In this document: piece by piece, positions 61,266 through 64,000 of the stretch
How the letters are laid out: each line of letters opens with the position of its first letter
How positions within the stretch are numbered: position 1 is the stretch's first letter
From: Podarcis filfolensis
Lineage: Eukaryota
NCBI GenBank assembly: GCA_964270895.1
Contig: OZ185446.1
Strand: one strand, 5' to 3'
Length of the DNA stretch: 64,000 nt
The notes under the pieces: generated by a model
What the model saw: only the letters and a program-made list of their open reading frames with translations
Database searches by the model: none
Told to the model about the DNA's origin: nothing
Made by a program: the position numbers and the translations under genes

Positions 61266-64000
61266 TATTGTTTTCCTTCTCTCTTAAGTGCCCTCTTTTC
61301 CTTTTCATATGCAGGCAAGGAAGAAAGTGATAATAACCTACCTGGCAATTAGTAACAGAGTTTCTTCCAAATACTCAAGTACTATACCACAGGAGAGGGG
61401 GGGATTATTCATTTCAGAAATATGCTGCATTAGCAAGAAATCCTAAACTCACTGTAACTCTGTGTTACTGCTTTAGAAAACAGGAGGTATTTCACTTGTT
61501 CAGAAGTTCCAGTGCTGGTTCACAGTTAGTTCTTTAAATATAAAAAGACAAAAGTAAAAGACAAATGATATATACACACTTGTAGAATTACTGTAAATCT
61601 TCAGCAGACACATTTTACACAACGCTTCTTTTTATATAGTTGCAGCTGGAAGACAGCCTTATTGCACACTGTTATACAAGGAAGGTGGAGTCTTATTTCA
61701 ATGGGATCAGAAGAGTAGTTGTTTCCACCCAATCTGCTCACAGTGGTAACCGTGGCCACTTTTGTTTCATCACACCCACATCACGTTTAAAGCACACCTT
61801 TGCATTTCATAGAATTTTGTCCTTGAAAATGTCAGGTGTCTGTGACTAGTGTATCCAAACGCTACACAGGAACCCCCGTCCAAAATTCAGGAGGAGGACA
61901 AAGAGCTATTGTGAGCAGAATAAATGCTTCCTTCCAAGGCCAGCATTTGCAATGTCACTCTCTTTGTCTCCCAGTTCAGGTCTCCAGCAGCCTAAAATTT
62001 AAGACAGCCCACAAAGGTCAGGCTAGCTTTCCTCACACATTTAGTGAAAGAAGAACCCAGGCATCTTGCCTCAGTAAAGTAGCTAGCAAAGCAAAGGGGA
62101 AAGGGCTCATCTATTATCTCCTGGAATTTGTTTGCACCCTCAACAAGGCCTTTGTTTTTCAGGGCTTTTTGGCTGGCCTTGTCGCACTGGAAAGATCTCT
62201 GTAGTCAAGCGTCAAGAAAATCCTCCGCATAGTTTGATCTCATAAGACCCTGAGATATGATAATGCACTGTGAATCCCAAGCTGCTGAGAAACAATGATA
62301 GCGAAATAGCAAAAAGCAAAACAATAAGCGGGGGGGGGGGGGGAGGAATGGGATTCCTAAACTGACAAGAGGAATATAATCGTTCTTAATACTTAGTACG
62401 CATAGAATACTTTTGGCCTAGTGACAGAAAGTGTCCTAATCTGCAACTAGGTTTGCAGCCTGTGCCATTGCTATCCCTATTTTGCTGAGGTCCAAAGCAC
62501 CTGCAAATTCTCCCTCCAGTTCTTCCCCTGCAGTCTGCCCACTGCCCATTTCTTGCCCATGGTGTGCCGCAAAGCAAACACAGAGAGTGCATTAAGAACT
62601 TAGGGAGGAATGGACTAAAAAAGCCTCAATGGCATCATCTCCTGATACTTTCGGAAAGAGATTGAAAGATGCAAGGCAAATTTCCAGGCTGTAGCTCAGG
62701 TATCAAATCTGTCATTTAGGTATTTATATTGCATTTTTTTTCCTTCAAATTTTCCTGAATCTCTTTCAGTTCTGTGACAGCAATTCCAAAAAATACACCA
62801 GAGTAGTTTAGGAGATGAGCAAACTAGATTCAGAGCAAAAAGTGGCAATCTTTGAGATTGCCAGAGGTGTTTGCCGTAGTGTGGTCCAGTCATGCATCCG
62901 GGGATTCTTGACACACATTCTCTTTCATGAACGTGAATGATGTGGTTGTCATTTCCTCAGAGTTCTTTGCAAGCCAGCAAAGTTCTTCTTGGAAAACACT
63001 ATAACCTACAGCTAGATCTGCATGAGTCAGCCTGCTCCTTTTGTTGTGTCACCTGGGCTTACAGTAGATGCTAATGGAACAGAAGAAGGTTCTGTGGGAG
63101 ATGGCAGGACTAATGGACCCAAGGCCATACTTGTAGATAGCAGTCTTCAGAGCTGCAATGTTTTCCGACGTGGCATTGACATAACCGGAATCTAGTTGCT
63201 AACAAGTTTCCATTGGGGCCTTTGTATGGCCCCTAGGACTCTATGCTGGCAATGTTCCCATGCTTCAGGACCCATCTGAGCACTTGGCATGTCTCCCAAC
63301 CATCACAGGTATAGTTCCGAAAGCCACTTCCCCAGGGTAGACAAAAATCTGGTGTCACACATAGCCTAGTCCTTGACTAGAGTCACTGCACCATACAGGC
63401 ACTAACTTAGACTCTCTGACTGGATGAGGCCCACATACAATGCCTCAGGGAAAGGCAGACCCTTATTGGGCACTGGATACTTGAGCTTCCCCCTCATCAA
63501 GGTAATTTCTTACCAGGTGAAGTCAGTCTAGACGTTCAGGGCCATCTTGAAGGAGAGGTTGTACATTTTTTAAAGTGGGGGGGGAGGCTTCCATTCCCCA
63601 CTTACTGCTTTTGGTCTCTCCAATATTTTTGTAATGGCAGGACACCTTGTAGGCTTTGCACTTTTGTTCCCTGACAAAATCTGCAAAGAGGTTTGCCATG
63701 ATGTGGTGCACTGCAGAGTTACATAGCAATTGGCCATATGTTTTTGTTTTGTTAGGGTTCAGGACAGAGACAGCTAGGAATCTGCTAGAAAAGCCACATT
63801 AATCAATTTCAGTGGGATCCCCAGCAAACTGTTTAATCTCACAATGCACAGGCAGCATGCTATGGTTTTCTTCTCATGCCGGTAGGATATATTCTGCCAT
63901 ATCATACAGGAATAGGATTGTGAACATCCCGGGGAGCACAGGAGGATTGTGAACACCTTCTGAAGGAACAGGAGGCCACCACCTGGGCCTCCTCAAAATC

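Noticed and set aside
63905-63975. Two imperfect ~29-bp repeats AGGATTGTGAACA...CAGG
   Set aside because: Only two diverged copies; an ordinary local duplication.
1-64000. CRISPR arrays, operons, rRNA or tRNA genes
   Set aside because: Vertebrate genomic DNA; no regularly spaced repeat-spacer array. The only tRNA-like boxes are SINE heads.

Overview
This is eukaryotic genomic DNA from a squamate reptile, most likely a lacertid lizard (Podarcis/Lacerta/Zootoca-like). The call is inferred from the repeat complement: Sauria SINEs, Bov-B, a young L2 family ending in CCCAGCCAGATGGGCGGG(ATA/AAT)n, CR1, L1 and lacertid-type MITEs. The window is AT-rich intronic/intergenic sequence dominated by transposable elements. 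It holds 11 copies of a ~240-bp Tigger-like MITE, several hAT, Harbinger-like and Tc2-like MITEs, two L1 3' ends with 17-bp TSDs, two Bov-B 3' ends, CR1 and L2 fragments, two full-length Sauria SINEs, a probable solo LTR and many microsatellites. I recognise no host protein-coding gene. Almost all ORFs in the supplied track are repeat-derived or spurious; the only ORFs with recognisable homology are LINE ORF2 fragments. A modest CpG-rich, promoter-like patch lies at ~39.75-40.15 kb. Several short segments have strong splice signals and can be chained into open frames; these are low-confidence hypotheses only. I found no convincing novel biological system. The best leads are the candidate spliced ORFs and an 8-nt microexon, an 84-bp perfect direct repeat, a composite Tc2-like MITE, and nested insertions.
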